Source: Lachnospiraceae bacterium (GTDB lineage: Bacteria > Bacillota > Clostridia > Lachnospirales > Lachnospiraceae). Taken from it: 64,000 nucleotides of DNA. Below are positions 49,331 to 57,254 of the stretch, one piece after another. The notes under the pieces were generated by a model that saw nothing but the letters and a program-made list of their open reading frames with translations, ran no database searches and was not told the DNA's origin. The position numbers were made by a program, and so were the translations under genes. The DNA lies in the NCBI GenBank assembly GCA_029338875.1, contig JAQYBF010000051.1, positions 15,292 to 79,291 on the forward strand, read 5' to 3'. How positions within the stretch are numbered: the stretch's first letter is position 1; each line of letters begins with the position of its first letter.

Positions 49331-50242
49331 ATGACACTGACCCAGCTTCGTTATGTAATAAAAGTTGCGGATACCGGTTCGATGAATGCGGCGGCAAAGA
49401 CACTTTTTGTGTCACAGCCGTCGCTTTCGTCCGCCATTCGGGAACTGGAGGAAGAACTAGGGCTGACCATCTTCTTTCGGACCAACCGAGGCATTGTTCT
49501 GACGCCCCAGGGTCAGGAATTCATCGGTTATGCCCGCCAGGTCGTTGAACAGTACGAATTGATTGAGTCCCGCTATATCTCCAAGGACAAAATCAAGGCG
49601 CGTTTTTCCGTTTCCATGCAGCATTATTCCTTCGCTGTCCGTGCCTTTGTTGACACGGTCAAGGAGTTTGGTCTTGATGAATTTGAGTTTGCGGTAAATG
49701 AAGACCGAACCAGCGAAGTCATTAATGATGTGGCGCAGTTTCGAAGTGAAATCGGCGTTCTCTATCTCAGTAGCTTCAATGAGAAGATTCTGCAGAGAAT
49801 TTTCGGAGAACAGGGGCTGGAATTTCACCCCCTCTTTGACTGCCATATCTTCGCCTACATGTGGAAGGGACACCCACTGGCAAATAAGTCCAAAGTAACT
49901 CTGGAAGAGCTGGATCCTTATCCTATGCTTTCCTTTAACCAGGGAGACTACAATTCCTTCTACTTCTCCGAGGAAGTCTTAAGTACCTACAATTATAAGA
50001 GGATCATCAAAGGAAATGATCGGGCTACCTTTTTAAATCTCATGGTCGGACTCAATGGTTATACGCTTTGCTCAGGCATCATCAGCGAGGATCTGAACGG
50101 CGAAGAGTACTGTGCGGTTCCGCTGGATTCCGATGAAGTCATGCATATCGGTTATCTGACCAAGAAGCAGGCCAAGCTTTCAGAAATCGCCCTGCATTAC
50201 ATCGACCATCTGGCCCGGTTCAAGGATCAGGTGATTGGGTAA
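49331..50242 (+). CDS. LysR-family regulator (MtaR/CmbR-like, sulfur amino-acid metabolism)
   Basis: HTH SMNAAAKTLFVSQPSLS and FSVSMQHYSFAV; adjacent to cysK and metY. Confidence 0.88.
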   Translation: MTLTQLRYVIKVADTGSMNAAAKTLFVSQPSLSSAIRELEEELGLTIFFRTNRGIVLTPQGQEFIGYARQVVEQYELIESRYISKDKIKARFSVSMQHYSFAVRAFVDTVKEFGLDEFEFAVNEDRTSEVINDVAQFRSEIGVLYLSSFNEKILQRIFGEQGLEFHPLFDCHIFAYMWKGHPLANKSKVTLEELDPYPMLSFNQGDYNSFYFSEEVLSTYNYKRIIKGNDRATFLNLMVGLNGYTLCSGIISEDLNGEEYCAVPLDSDEVMHIGYLTKKQAKLSEIALHYIDHLARFKDQVIG

Positions 50243-50383
50243 GAAACTATGGTACTATGAGAAGGATGGAATCTACAGTAGAGAAAAGAGCAAACCGTAA
50301 AATGGATATGAAACAATGGTCAGTCAACGGTTGATCAATATCGAGACTGTTGATCCAGACAGGGATATTTCGTCTCAATCATG

Positions 50384-50737
50384 TTAGAACTCCGACGATT
50401 CCCTGGATTTCCTGCCGAAAATCAGAAAAGCGACAGACATTCCAATCAGGCAAAGAGAAGGAAGGGAGCAGTTCATGAAAATCCTGGTTGAAATAATCAG
50501 ACATAGAATCGCGCTAATCAATGCTGCAAAATAGCCGGAGGAAAATTTAATTACCCGAAGCATTATAAATGTAAAGAGAAACACAACTGCCGCAAAGACG
50601 ATTGTATGATATAGCAGAGAGGGCACAGTGATATATGTCCGATTTGCTTCTCTGTCTGCAAAATATAATCCAATATCATAAAGGAAAGCAATGATTGAAA
50701 GCAGTATACCAGATACAATAGAAAGTGTTTTACTCAT
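50384..50737 (-). CDS. Small hydrophobic membrane protein (about 4 TM) in an AT-rich islet
   Basis: 117-aa ORF with a GGGGG RBS; hydrophobic; visibly lower GC than the flanks. Confidence 0.55.
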   Translation of the reverse strand: MSKTLSIVSGILLSIIAFLYDIGLYFADREANRTYITVPSLLYHTIVFAAVVFLFTFIMLRVIKFSSGYFAALISAILCLIISTRIFMNCSLPSLCLIGMSVAFLIFGRKSRESSEF

Positions 50738-50751
50738 ATCCGTCCCCCCAA

Positions 50752-50814
50752 TCAAAGATTATTACTTACTTTCATTGTCCAGGTCTTTGAAGAAAATCTT
50801 TTCCCTCTTTTCAT
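50752..50814 (-). CDS. 20-aa micro-ORF or gene remnant, MKRGKRFSSKTWTMKVSNNL
   Basis: Perfect AAGGAGG RBS; the stop codon abuts the RBS of the downstream membrane-protein gene. Confidence 0.35.
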   Translation of the reverse strand: MKRGKRFSSKTWTMKVSNNL

Positions 50815-51038
50815 AAAATATCCTCCTTTATAAAATTATTACCCCCAATGTCTATTTATACAAAATGAATAAAATAAATCAAGTATTTTCTGATAAAATT
50901 CATTTTTTTTTACAATTATCAGTAATCAGCTGATTATATCCCAATGGAATATGAAATCCGGAAACATTAGAATTTACAGCAGCTTGGGGTAAAATGATAT
51001 ATTCATTAAAACTTAGTAAATAAATAACTAAAAACCTA

Positions 51039-51113
51039 TTGACATACTATGATATGGGTGATATATTACCAGCATAGCAGTTAATCATATAAATCCTACA
51101 GAAAATATAGGAA
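51039..51113 (+). promoter_or_regulatory. cysK promoter and Rrf2 (CymR/IscR-type) operator
   Basis: TTGACA-17-TATATT with an extended TG; downstream dyad TCCTAC-N7-ATAGGA (51094-51112). Confidence 0.65.
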
Positions 51114-51203
51114 ATGATATAGCTGCATTCCCCCTTACAAGAAACGTATTCATGACACAGGAAAAGATACCATTGGAAGAATGGCAAGGAAAAGGAGAAA
51201 GTT

Positions 51204-52142
51204 ATGGCAAGAAAAGCAGTTAACAGCACACTGGAACTCATCGGAAACACTCCTCTCTTAAAGGCTTCCCGCTATGCGAAGAATGCTGGCGTTGAGGGAG
51301 CTGATATTGAAGTAAAGCTGGAATACTTCAACCCGGCTGGATCAGTTAAGGATCGTATCGCTCTGAACATGATCGAGGATGCAGAGAAGAAGGGCATTTT
51401 AAAGCCCGGCGCAACCATCATCGAGCCGACCTCCGGAAATACCGGTATCGGTATCGCAGCTGTTGCTGTAGCCAAGGGCTACAAGGCGATCCTGACCCTG
51501 CCGGATACCATGAGCGTTGAGCGTCGGAAGATCTTAAAGGCTTACGGTGCAGAGCTGGTTCTGACCGAGGGTGCCAAGGGTATGAAGGGCGCCATTGCAA
51601 AGGCTGAGGAAATCAAGGCCAATACTCCGGGTTCCATTATTCTGGAGCAGTTCGATAACCCTGCAAACTCTGAAGCTCATTACAAGACCACTGGACCTGA
51701 AGTCTGGGAGCAGACCGAAGGGAAGGTCGATATTTTTATCGCCGGTGTCGGTACTGGCGGAACTCTTACCGGAACCGGTAAGTATCTGAAGGAGCAGAAT
51801 CCTAACGTCAAGGTTGTAGCTGTTGAGCCTGCCGGAAGCCCGGTTCTGTCTCAGGGCAAGGCTGGTGCTCATAAGATTCAGGGTATCGGCGCCGGTTTCG
51901 TACCCAAGGTTCTGGATACCAAGATCTACGATGAAGTCATCACGATCGAGAATGAGGATGCCTTCGAAGAGGGTCGTCGTTTCGGCCAGTCCGAGGGTGC
52001 CCTGGTCGGCATTTCTTCCGGTGCTGCCTTGAAGGCTGCTGTCATTCTGGCTCAGCGTCCGGAGAACAAGGGCAAGAAGATTGTTGCTCTGCTTCCGGAT
52101 TCCGGAGACCGTTATTATTCAACTGCACTTTTCAGTGAGTAA
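51204..52142 (+). CDS. cysK: Cysteine synthase A
   Basis: Motifs IGNTPL, NPAGSVKDR (PLP Lys), EPTSGNTG, GVGTGGT and HKIQGIG. Confidence 0.98.
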   Translation: MARKAVNSTLELIGNTPLLKASRYAKNAGVEGADIEVKLEYFNPAGSVKDRIALNMIEDAEKKGILKPGATIIEPTSGNTGIGIAAVAVAKGYKAILTLPDTMSVERRKILKAYGAELVLTEGAKGMKGAIAKAEEIKANTPGSIILEQFDNPANSEAHYKTTGPEVWEQTEGKVDIFIAGVGTGGTLTGTGKYLKEQNPNVKVVAVEPAGSPVLSQGKAGAHKIQGIGAGFVPKVLDTKIYDEVITIENEDAFEEGRRFGQSEGALVGISSGAALKAAVILAQRPENKGKKIVALLPDSGDRYYSTALFSE

Positions 52143-52176
52143 TCCGCCATTCGGACAGACTGCTTTTCTGATATTT

Positions 52177-52207
52177 ACGGGTGGGGCCTGTCCTCACCCG
52201 TTTTTTT
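52177..52207 (+). terminator. Terminator after cysK
   Basis: ACGGGTGGGG-CCTGT-CCTCACCCGT-TTTTTT. Confidence 0.85.
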
Positions 52208-52515
52208 GATTCAGCTGCTCTGAGGCAGCTTGTCAGTTTCCTGATTGAAGGTTCCTGGGCTGCGGTTTATATTTCCGAGGGCGGACATATCAGCTTTTGG
52301 ATACCTGCTGTTGAATGGAGAGACCGTGTCAAATCGCTTTGCTCTGAAACTGTTGATTTATATGAGTGAAACAAATTGCAAGTAATCCCCGGATAATAAT
52401 ATGATATAATCATATCGAAGTATTGTTTCAATGACTGATCCTGGATAAGAGATGTTTTATAGATCAGTCTTATCACCCCAACGTAAGGGGAGAAATAATA
52501 AGAAGGAGATTTAAG

Positions 52516-52959
52516 TTGAAAATTTCTACCAAGGGACGTTATGCCCTCTTAATCATGCTGGATCTGGCAGTTTATAATACCGGCGAGCCGGTCAGCCTCA
52601 GAGACATTGCCAGGAGACAGGAGATTTCCGAGAAGTATCTGGAGCAGATCATTTCTCTTCTGAATAAGGGAAGACTGGTGCAGAGTGTCAGAGGTGCCCA
52701 GGGCGGTTATCTGCTGCGGAGAGATCCCAAGGATTATACGGTCGGAGAAATCCTCCGCCTGACCGAGGGAGATCTGGCTCCTGTGGATTGTGTCGGAAAT
52801 TCCGGCGTTACCTGTGAACACAAGGCGGACTGTGTAACGGTTGAAGTCTTTGAGAAGATCAATGAGGCGGTGAATAAGGTCGTGGACAATATCACCCTTC
52901 AGGATCTGGTGGATCGTTACAATGAGAATGCGGCCAGCCAGGCTGCCATGCTGATCTGA
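52516..52959 (+). CDS. Rrf2-family transcriptional regulator (CymR/IscR-like)
   Basis: MKISTKGRYAL, YLEQI, SVRGAQGGYLL and three Cys (C-x6-C-x5-C); TTG start after AAGGAG. Confidence 0.93.
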   Translation: MKISTKGRYALLIMLDLAVYNTGEPVSLRDIARRQEISEKYLEQIISLLNKGRLVQSVRGAQGGYLLRRDPKDYTVGEILRLTEGDLAPVDCVGNSGVTCEHKADCVTVEVFEKINEAVNKVVDNITLQDLVDRYNENAASQAAMLI

Positions 52960-53021
52960 ATGCCGAAGTATGATAGTGCGGAATTGTTCAGTCCAGTTAT
53001 TCGGCTATCTTGACCATACGT

Positions 53022-53053
53022 AGTCCTGCGGAGAAATCCGCAGGGCTTTTTTT
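53022..53053 (+). terminator. Terminator after the Rrf2 gene
   Basis: AGTCCTGCGGA-GAAA-TCCGCAGGGCT-TTTTTT. Confidence 0.85.
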
Positions 53054-53083
53054 ATGCAGATGATTGCTGCTTCCTCTGATGGC

Positions 53084-53177
53084 GAGATGAAGCTTCGCAG
53101 AGCAGCGGATCCATTGGGACTGGTCTACACTTCGATATGAACCTTCGCAGAGCAGCGGATTTGTTGGAACTGGCCTA
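53084..53177. repeat. Degenerate direct repeat, 50-bp period, two copies
   Basis: ATGAAGCTTCGCAGAGCAGCGGATCCATTGGGACTGGTCTA versus ATGAACCTTCGCAGAGCAGCGGATTTGTTGGAACTGGCCTA. Confidence 0.8.
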
Positions 53178-53185
53178 GGTTTTGC

Positions 53186-53202
53186 TATAGATGAAAACTA
53201 TA
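53186..53202. promoter_or_regulatory. MtaR/MetR/CmbR-type LysR box upstream of metY
   Basis: TATAG-ATGAAAA-CTATA, a 17-bp dyad upstream of a likely promoter (about 53225-53256). Confidence 0.65.
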
Positions 53203-53450
53203 TCTAACTATATATTTCTAGACTTAGACAAGAACAATAGGGATGTGTAATATAATAGCTGTAGCCAAACAAAAGGAATTCCAAATAAACAAAACCTATA
53301 ACAGAGCAGAGAGCTCAAAAAGAAAGCTACAGAAACAGGAAAAGGAAAAAGAAAAAGTAATAAGAAAAGCAACAGGAAAAATCAGCAAGGATTTCGATCC
53401 GACGATAAGCGATTCTCATCGCATTCATTGATTAAAGGAGGACAAATACT

Positions 53451-54755
53451 ATGGCACATTTAAACGAGCGCAATCTTCATTTTGAAACCAAGGCAATTCA
53501 CGTAGGACAGGAGCAGCCGGATCCGGCAACCGATTCCAGAGCCGTTCCCATTTACCTTACTTCTTCTTATGTGTTCCGGAACAGCCAGCACGCAGCAGAC
53601 CGCTTCGGCTTAAGAGATGCCGGTAATATTTATGGACGTCTGACCAACCCGACCGAGGATGTCTTCGAAAAGAGAATCAATGCTCTTGAGGGCGGCGTTG
53701 CAGCCCTGGCCGTTGGATCCGGAGCGGCAGCAGTCACATATGCAATCGAAGCTCTGGCCAAGGCCGGTGATCACGTTGTCGCAGCAAAGAATATCTACGG
53801 CGGCACTTACAATCTCCTGAAGCACACCCTGACCGATTACGGTGTGACAACAACTTTCGTCGATCCCGACAATCTTGACGAAGTCAACGCTGCCTTTCAG
53901 GACAATACCAAGCTCCTCTTTATCGAAACGCTTGGCAATCCGAACTCCGAAGTCGTAGATATTGAGGCTCTGGCAAATGCAGCCCATGCCCATAAGGTAC
54001 CCCTGGTCATCGACAATACCTTTGCAACTCCTTATCTGGTTCGTCCCATTGAATACGGCGCAGATATCGTGGTTCACTCCGCTACCAAGTTCATCGGCGG
54101 CCATGGTACTGCAATCGGCGGTGTGATCGTAGACGGAGGACATTTCGATTTCGCTTCTTCCGATAAGTATCCCTGGCTGACAGAGGCCAACCCTTCCTAT
54201 CACGGTATTTCCTTTGCAAAGGATACAGCACCTGCTACCGTTGCGACCTACATTCGTGCCATTCTCTTAAGAGATACCGGCGCGACCCTTTCTCCGGTTC
54301 ATGCTTTTGTATTCCTTCAGGGTCTGGAAACTCTGGCCCTTCGGGTAGAAAAGCAGGTCCAGAACTCTCTCAAGGTTGCAGAGTACTTGAAGGCGAACCC
54401 TCAGGTAGAATATGTATCTCATCCGGCTGTATCTGACGATCCTCGTCAGCAGGCCCTCTACAAGAAATATTATCCGAATGGCGGCGGGTCTATCTTTACC
54501 TTCAATATCAAGGGTGATGCAGAGAAGGCCAAGAAGTTCATCGATAACCTCGAGCTCTTCTCCCTTCTGGCAAATGTCGCAGATGTGAAGTCTCTGGCTA
54601 TTCATCCGGCTTCCACCACTCATTCCGAGGATAATGAGGAAGAGCTGAAGGAGCAGGGCATCGCTCAGAACACCATTCGTCTCTCAATCGGTGCTGAGAA
54701 TGTTGACGATATCATCGAAGATCTCGACAATGCTTTCAAGGCTGTGGCTGACTGA
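53451..54755 (+). CDS. metY: O-acetylhomoserine aminocarboxypropyltransferase/cysteine synthase
   Basis: Motifs PIYLTSSYVF, IYGRLTNPT, DNTFATP, VHSATKFIGGHG, LANVADVKSL and HPASTTH. Confidence 0.92.
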   Translation: MAHLNERNLHFETKAIHVGQEQPDPATDSRAVPIYLTSSYVFRNSQHAADRFGLRDAGNIYGRLTNPTEDVFEKRINALEGGVAALAVGSGAAAVTYAIEALAKAGDHVVAAKNIYGGTYNLLKHTLTDYGVTTTFVDPDNLDEVNAAFQDNTKLLFIETLGNPNSEVVDIEALANAAHAHKVPLVIDNTFATPYLVRPIEYGADIVVHSATKFIGGHGTAIGGVIVDGGHFDFASSDKYPWLTEANPSYHGISFAKDTAPATVATYIRAILLRDTGATLSPVHAFVFLQGLETLALRVEKQVQNSLKVAEYLKANPQVEYVSHPAVSDDPRQQALYKKYYPNGGGSIFTFNIKGDAEKAKKFIDNLELFSLLANVADVKSLAIHPASTTHSEDNEEELKEQGIAQNTIRLSIGAENVDDIIEDLDNAFKAVAD

Positions 54756-54780
54756 GAAGATCAGTAAGACTTTCCGAACT

Positions 54781-54845
54781 AAGAGACCGGCGGACGGATC
54801 TGTATCTTAAGAATGGATGCAGATCGGGTTTGCCGGTTTCTTTTT
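54781..54845. terminator. Long terminator hairpin between metY and the AlbA_2 gene
   Basis: AAGAGACCGGCGGAC-GGATCTGTATC ... GATGCAGATC-GGGTTTGCCGGTTTCTTTTT. Confidence 0.7.
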
Positions 54846-54888
54846 GTGTCAGTAAATAGAATTTTCGCAGCAGAAACAGGCTGGCTTT

Positions 54889-56238
54889 TCAGTGGTTTTT
54901 CAATGCAATATATCTTCTTGTTTTTCCATTTCCCACGGGTTGAAGTTTCTGCCGGTCACAAAGTTCATTCAGAAGCTGATAAGCTCTTGTGGTTCCGAGG
55001 GACAGGAGCCCCTCGGCCTCTTTTCTTGAAATCTGCCCGTGTTTTGTTACATAGTCGAGAATTGACTCTTGTTCCGTTCGCTGTTTTTCATTACTCTGTG
55101 CAGATCTGCTATGGCTTGCATACAGGATCCGCCTTTCTGCAACTCTGTTTGTTTCGAAGTTACGATTGGGCAGAGTAACACGGAAGACTCCTTTTGCTGT
55201 TTCGAATTCGGGTTTGACAGAACAGTCTTCATATTCGCCCTGAATTTTACTGATTCCTGTTCCATAGCTTTCTATGAGATGCATTCTGTAGAAGACAGCC
55301 GCAAGATTCGGATTTCTGCTCTCAGAGACGCCAAGAAAAATAGAAGCCAGTTCCAGACTGGGGATCAATCCGCCGAGAGAGACGTACTCCATCCGGTCAT
55401 CATAAATATTGATCAGGGTGCTTCCGCTGAAAGAATAATCTCTGTGCACGATACAATTCAGGAGCGCCTCGCGAACTGCCGCTTCCGGATAGTCCCGGAT
55501 GTCCGTCCTCTCAAGTCCGGAAAAAGTCGCCTGTGTTCGGTTGTTCAGATCAATAAATTGATATACATCCTCCAGCTGTTTCAGAAGGGATCCGCTGAAT
55601 TCTTTTCTGTCCCGGAACAGGGCTTTGTTTCGGCCTTGAAAAACGGCAACTTTGATTGTTGACGGACACTGATCAGACAAAAGAAGAGCAAGGTTTGTAT
55701 ACAGGCCATCTTCTCCGATCATTTTCAGAGTCCGCAGTTTTTCCCTGCCGGAATCGATATTCTTTTTCCTCATTTCCGTGGTAAATGTCTCGAAGGTCAG
55801 CGACTGGTTGAGACTTCTCATTTCTTCAAATGAATTTCCGGATGTGGCTCGAATCATTTCTCGGACTCCTTCGTCTGTCATCGGCTGAGAAGAGCTTCCC
55901 TTTCGAATATAAACCCCTCCCGCGCGAAGGCCTTTGTCTCTCAGATAATAAGGCCGGTTCGTTCCTGTAGAAACATCGATCCGGACAACATTTTTTCCAT
56001 CGATTGTATCTGTGTGAATGGAAACAAAAGGCATTACATCCGGAATCAGAGAGTCCTTCAATGAATTTGCTGTCTGAAGCATAACTTCATCCGGATCGTC
56101 CACGCCAAGGACGTCCCCATCATTTCGAATACCAATCAGAATGGTTCCTCCATCAGCGTTGATGAAAGCCAGAACTTCTTTTTTTATGTCAGGAACATAT
56201 TCCTGCTTGAACTCGATATTCTGATTTTCAAATTGCAT
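54889..56238 (-). CDS. AlbA_2 (Schlafen-like) + HATPase_c_4 (RecG C-terminal-like) + winged-HTH protein
   Basis: FENQNIEFK, AFINADGGTILIGI..DG..LGV, REALLNCIVHRDYS, RNPNLA..F, IESYGTGI and a C-terminal HTH with GKTRRY. Confidence 0.88.
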   Translation of the reverse strand: MQFENQNIEFKQEYVPDIKKEVLAFINADGGTILIGIRNDGDVLGVDDPDEVMLQTANSLKDSLIPDVMPFVSIHTDTIDGKNVVRIDVSTGTNRPYYLRDKGLRAGGVYIRKGSSSQPMTDEGVREMIRATSGNSFEEMRSLNQSLTFETFTTEMRKKNIDSGREKLRTLKMIGEDGLYTNLALLLSDQCPSTIKVAVFQGRNKALFRDRKEFSGSLLKQLEDVYQFIDLNNRTQATFSGLERTDIRDYPEAAVREALLNCIVHRDYSFSGSTLINIYDDRMEYVSLGGLIPSLELASIFLGVSESRNPNLAAVFYRMHLIESYGTGISKIQGEYEDCSVKPEFETAKGVFRVTLPNRNFETNRVAERRILYASHSRSAQSNEKQRTEQESILDYVTKHGQISRKEAEGLLSLGTTRAYQLLNELCDRQKLQPVGNGKTRRYIALKNH

Positions 56239-56283
56239 GCTGTTTTCCCTTTTCTTTTTCGCTCATTTCTTTCTTTCACTAAT

Positions 56284-56312
56284 ATTATGTGAAAGAAAGA
56301 AAGAAAAATCAA
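56284..56312 (-). promoter_or_regulatory. Sigma-A promoter of the AlbA_2 gene
   Basis: Minus strand TTGATT-17-CATAAT. Confidence 0.6.
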
Positions 56313-56462
56313 GTGTTTTTTATTCATAGGAGAAAGACATTGTGGATTATATGCATGAAGAAAAGGCATATAAGGAAACCAATGCGGGAGAGATTATACC
56401 CTTCAGTCTGTCAAAAGATATTCGAAGGTTTTAATTTTTGGACAATCTCCATTTGTGTGTGT

Positions 56463-56585
56463 GGCAGCCCGGCTGATAAAGCTGCATGATTTGAATCATG
56501 ACATTTTCCGGAACAGCTACACATCCGGCTGAAGTGAATATTCCGCACCAAAGCTCCAGACTCCCTTGGGAGTACGACCGCTGCC
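56463..56585 (-). ncRNA. Candidate structured ncRNA (multi-stem junction)
   Basis: Closing GGCAGC/GCTGCC stem encloses four hairpins. A G-U pair favours the minus strand. A possible promoter TTGTCC-16-TAAGAT lies upstream. Confidence 0.45.
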
Positions 56586-56651
56586 TTCATTTCCCCAATA
56601 TGTAAGATGAACTTTAAGTGATATCTTAATCAACAGAAGATTTAGGACAAT

Positions 56652-56705
56652 AAAAAACTGGTATACGAAGGCTTAAGAAATTCACCTTTCGTATACCAGT
56701 CTTTC
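56652..56705 (-). terminator. Terminator after the XRE gene
   Basis: ACTGGTATACGAA ... TTCGTATACCAGT, with a T6 tail on the minus strand. Confidence 0.8.
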
Positions 56706-56717
56706 TATATTGTCTGC

Positions 56718-57071
56718 TTATTTCTTTAATTCTTTCAGCCTTTGTCTGGCATCCATCAGAAGGCCGACCAGAAAGGCTTTCTCCTGGTCAGAACAGTCAG
56801 CCAGGGCTTTTTTTACCTCTTCCATATAAGCATCTTTATTTGAAATCCCATAAAAGAGATCATCCATCGTGCAATTCAATTCGTGAGCAATCCGGCTTAG
56901 GGTCATCACCGAAAGATTGATATGCCCGTTTTCAATCAGGCTGAGAGATGAGGTCGAAATTCCTGCTTTCTCAGCTAATATTTCCTGTGAGATATGCAGA
57001 TCTTTTCGCCTTTGCTGGATTCGTGATCCAACAGCAATCAGGTTCAGATCGCCATCAGATTTTTTCCTCAT
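56718..57071 (-). CDS. XRE-family HTH transcriptional regulator
   Basis: GSRIQQRRK..ISQE.LAEKAGIS...LSLIENG; divergent from the 57.2-64 kb operon. Confidence 0.92.
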   Translation of the reverse strand: MRKKSDGDLNLIAVGSRIQQRRKDLHISQEILAEKAGISTSSLSLIENGHINLSVMTLSRIAHELNCTMDDLFYGISNKDAYMEEVKKALADCSDQEKAFLVGLLMDARQRLKELKK

Positions 57072-57254
57072 TTATGGCCTTTCCTCCGGTGAAGCCGACA
57101 GATGCAGCTTGGATTAAACAATATAATCCTTGGTTTTTGATTTATTTTATTTAATACTATAGTGTTCTCAATGGATTTGACATTGAATAAACTCAATAAA
57201 TGTGATAAAACATTTATGATATTAAATATAATTCACAGGTATGGAGTTAAGGAC

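Noticed and set aside
53084-53177. CRISPR array
   Set aside because: Only two degenerate copies, no unique spacers and no cas genes.
53243-53431. Lys-rich 62-aa ORF starting Met-Cys upstream of metY (possible leader peptide)
   Set aside because: The ATG lies inside the likely promoter, the Lys content reflects A-rich DNA, and no attenuator hairpin follows.
56463-56585. 6S RNA, hammerhead ribozyme or group II intron domain V as the identity of the structured element
   Set aside because: It is not a long rod with a central bubble. CTGATAA does not match the CUGANGA core. The AGCCGGATG similarity to domain V does not extend.
54846-57254. Prophage or ICE boundary at the start of the accessory block
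   Set aside because: No integrase, transposase, tRNA or att-like repeat is visible; only gene content and composition suggest variability.
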